Source: Nitrospinales bacterium | GTDB taxonomy: Bacteria > Nitrospinota > Nitrospinia > Nitrospinales > VA-1 | Direction of reading: 5' to 3' | Length of the DNA stretch: 64,000 nucleotides | Assembly (NCBI GenBank): GCA_965262115.1 | Contig: OZ253496.1 | Coordinates: forward strand, 2,080,001 to 2,144,000 | In this document: piece after piece, positions 61,405 to 64,000 of the stretch | How positions within the stretch are numbered: the first letter of the stretch is position 1 | Layout of the letters: each line of letters starts with the position of its first letter | The notes under the pieces: generated by a model | What the model saw: only the letters and a program-made list of their open reading frames with translations | Database searches by the model: none | What the model was told of the DNA's origin: nothing | Program-made: the position numbers and the translations under genes

Positions 61405-61542
61405 TAAAAAAAATTTGGTGATTAAACTTGAACCCGCTATCGATACAATTCTGGAATAATGTCCGCTTGGCTTATGTTTCATATCGTGATGAATTGATAA
61501 GAGCTGGATTATAACAACGATTAACAAAAAAGAGATCGAAAA

Positions 61543-62166
61543 ATGAAATCGCTAAAAGAAATGCTGCACAAAAAACCATATTTGGCAGTTGATGCAATGA
61601 TTCGGGGGCTGGATAACCCGCCGGAAAACTTTGTGGTTAATATGGATTCGTTCGGTGGGGTAATAACTGGAGTGTGTGAGGGTGGCGCAGCAACTCTGGC
61701 ACTGCAGAAACTCAGCAATCATGAGTTCACACCAGAGGAAATTTATGATACTAGAGTAAGGTCGGAGGCTCTGGGTTTCGATTACTCTGAAGTATTTAAA
61801 TTTGAAACTGCAATGGATTCATTAAGGATGGGAGACATAGGAAACCTCGCTGATTTTTGCAATATTAGAAGGACAGATATGCCAGCCCCATATCCTGATT
61901 TAGATGTTTTAGATACCAAGAAAAACTTTTTAAAAAAAATATCTGCCGAAAAAATAATTACGTTTTGCGGTTACTTTTTTCCCAAGAAATTCAGGGAAGA
62001 GGCAAAGGGCGATATCTTTGAAACTCGCCATGAAATGATTGAAAATGATTGCTCGAAAATAGCAATCTTTTGTGTGACAGCATTTAAAATCTTTTCTTTG
62101 ATCTTGGGTTCGTTGCGTATTCGCCTGAGCGATCTGGTTAAAACAGAAAATGAGATGAATAAGTAG
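61543..62166 (+). CDS. Hypothetical protein downstream of PadR
   Basis: 207-aa AT-rich ORF; C-terminal FFPKKFREE..GD..E segment. Confidence 0.6.
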   Translation: MKSLKEMLHKKPYLAVDAMIRGLDNPPENFVVNMDSFGGVITGVCEGGAATLALQKLSNHEFTPEEIYDTRVRSEALGFDYSEVFKFETAMDSLRMGDIGNLADFCNIRRTDMPAPYPDLDVLDTKKNFLKKISAEKIITFCGYFFPKKFREEAKGDIFETRHEMIENDCSKIAIFCVTAFKIFSLILGSLRIRLSDLVKTENEMNK

Positions 62167-62355
62167 GGGATTTCAGTTAAATCACCCTCACCCCAGCCCT
62201 CTCCCCTCAAGGGCGAGGGGGAACCCCACATATAGTAAAATCCCTTCTCCCCTGGAGGGAGAAGGTTAGGATGAGGGGGGTATATAAAGACTTTGCTCAC
62301 TGGCCCCACGCCAAGTGGACTGTGGTTAAGTTTGGGACTTTGGTATATAATTCCC

Positions 62356-63039
62356 TTAAGTTTTATAAGCAACCGGGTCTTTCATTCCAGCTTCCTGAAA
62401 GCCTTTGAGGCGCAGTTGGCAACTGTCGCACACGCCGCAGGACAATCCTCCCTCTGCCGGGTCATAACAACTGTGGGTCATGGCATAATCCACCCCCAAC
62501 TCTAAACCCTTCTTTATGATTTCTGCTTTCGTGAGTTTTATCAGTGGAGTATGAATCTTAATAGATTCTTTCCCTTCCACCCCGGCTTTGGTGGCGAGGT
62601 TGGCGAGAGTTTCAAATGCGGCGATGAACTCGGGTCGGCAATCGGGGTAGCCGCTATAGTCGACAGCGTTGACCCCGATAAAAATATCATTGGCCTCTTT
62701 CACTTCCGCATAAGCCAGACAGAACGAAAGGAAGATGGTGTTGCGCGCCGGAACATAGGTGACGGGAATGCTCGATGTCGTTGTTTCCTGATCCCGGCCG
62801 GTTGGAACGTCGATGGAATCGGTCAGGGCCGAGCCGCCGAATTGGCGAAGATCGATTTTGACGATTTGATGATCGACGGTGCCGAAATGTTGGGCGATGT
62901 CCCGGGCCCGGTCGAGTTCAACTCTATGTCGCTGGCCGTAGTCGAAGGTGAGGCAGAAGAGGTCAAACCCTTCTTTCCGGGCTAAGGCCAGGGTGGTGGT
63001 GGAGTCCAATCCCCCGCTCAATAAAACAACTGATTTCAT
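62356..63039 (-). CDS. queC: 7-cyano-7-deazaguanine synthase
   Basis: LSGGLDS, YGQRH, TYVPARN, GYPDCR, SCY..CG.CDSC.LR. Confidence 0.96.
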   Translation of the reverse strand: MKSVVLLSGGLDSTTTLALARKEGFDLFCLTFDYGQRHRVELDRARDIAQHFGTVDHQIVKIDLRQFGGSALTDSIDVPTGRDQETTTSSIPVTYVPARNTIFLSFCLAYAEVKEANDIFIGVNAVDYSGYPDCRPEFIAAFETLANLATKAGVEGKESIKIHTPLIKLTKAEIIKKGLELGVDYAMTHSCYDPAEGGLSCGVCDSCQLRLKGFQEAGMKDPVAYKT

Positions 63040-63187
63040 AAGGGTTTACCTGATTGTCGGCAATTAAATGGTGTTTTATTTGCTGTGATCTTATCGCCTT
63101 GCGCATTCCGGGTTGTTATTATATACTAATCCGCTTAAAATAAACCGGATAGTCCCCTTAAAATTAAAGGGTTTAGCCCCCGTTTAG

Positions 63188-64000
63188 ATGTTCGATAATT
63201 TATCCGATCGCCTTGAAGCGATCTACAAAAAATTAAAGGGCCGCGGTGTCCTCAAAGAACCCGATGTCGATGAGGCCTTGCGTGAAATTCGGGTTGCATT
63301 GATCGAGGCGGATGTCAGTCTGCCGGTCATCAAAGATTTTATTGCCGAAGTCCGAGTGCAAGCCGTCGGTCAGGAAGTTTTGAAAAGCCTGACTCCGGGA
63401 CATCAGATGGTCAAGATCGTCAACGATCACTTGACTCATTTGCTGGGCGAAGAGTTTGTTGATATTCAGATTGCTTCGAAGCCGCCGACTGTTATTTTGA
63501 TGGCGGGACTTCAGGGGTCAGGGAAAACCACCACGGTTGGTAAACTGGCCAAGCGGTTTAAGGAAAAAGGAAAAAACTGTCTTCTCGTTCCGGCGGATGT
63601 TTACCGCCCGGCGGCGATTGAGCAGTTGCATGTTTTAGGACGGGAACTCGGCGTAGCGGTGTATGACGCTGGGGAAGAAAAAGATCCGGTAGCGATCTGT
63701 AAAAAATCGCTGGATGAAGCCGTCAACAAAATGAGTCAGGTAGTGATCATTGATACTGCGGGTCGTCAGCAGGCCGATGATGCCTTGATGGAAGAATTAA
63801 AGCAGATCAAGGAAACGGTTCAGCCGCACGAAGTATTGTTTGTCGCGGATGCGATGATGGGCCAGCAGTCTGCCGATATCGCCAAAACGTTTAATGATGC
63901 TGTTGGTATTGATGGCGTGATCTTGACCAAGATGGACGGTGATGCGCGCGGTGGTGCGGCATTTTCCATCAAGAGGGTGACCGGCAAACCCATTCGCTTT
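63188..64000 (+). CDS. ffh: Signal recognition particle protein (3' end outside window; absent from ORF track)
   Basis: Manual translation MFDNLSDRL.., ALIEADV, GLQGSGKTT, DVYRPAA, DTAGR, TKMDGDARGGAA. Confidence 0.95.
   Translation, partial: MFDNLSDRLEAIYKKLKGRGVLKEPDVDEALREIRVALIEADVSLPVIKDFIAEVRVQAVGQEVLKSLTPGHQMVKIVNDHLTHLLGEEFVDIQIASKPPTVILMAGLQGSGKTTTVGKLAKRFKEKGKNCLLVPADVYRPAAIEQLHVLGRELGVAVYDAGEEKDPVAICKKSLDEAVNKMSQVVIIDTAGRQQADDALMEELKQIKETVQPHEVLFVADAMMGQQSADIAKTFNDAVGIDGVILTKMDGDARGGAAFSIKRVTGKPIRF

Larger units (their letters stand above)
60453..62280. repeat. Five REP-like palindromes of CCCTCTCCC..GGGAGAGG type
   Basis: Copies at ~60453, 60870, 60943, 62183, 62242 in alternating orientation. 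Confidence 0.8.

Noticed and set aside
1..64000. tRNA or rRNA genes
   Set aside because: None recognised by eye; a tRNAscan-SE/Infernal run would be needed to exclude them.

Overview
Chromosomal window (approx. 47% GC by eye) from a Gram-negative bacterium; the gene mix (many c-type cytochromes, NarK, Tol-Pal) is compatible with a Nitrospinota- or deltaproteobacteria-like organism, but that assignment is weak inference. Mostly housekeeping genes (PMM/PGM, pcm, moeB, ettA, efp, tolQRAB-pal, radA, ispD, bcp, mutY, queE, queC, ychF, rng, rodA, rluD, moaB, ffh), a cytochrome c cluster with a two-component pair, and a decaying type I-C CRISPR-Cas locus (cas3 and cas8c broken; cas5/7/4/1/2 intact; one spacer). 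The most striking signal is intergenic: a four-level nest of mobile DNA. (A) A degenerate ~100-bp palindromic repeat family; (B) a ~129-bp MITE with 15-bp terminal inverted repeats and 9-bp target duplications, four of five copies sitting in the same end of an A unit; (C) a ~39-nt hairpin element present in at least 11 copies that inserts cleanly, without target duplication, into A, into B and into itself; (D) an IS110 element inserted in a C copy, whose left end carries a fully readable bridge RNA with guides matching both the C hairpin (target) and its own end junction (donor). Also seen: a DnaA-box-rich non-coding region (possible oriC), a DUF559/PadR islet bracketed by inverted repeats, and several pseudogene scars. 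All calls are from reading the sequence; no searches were run.
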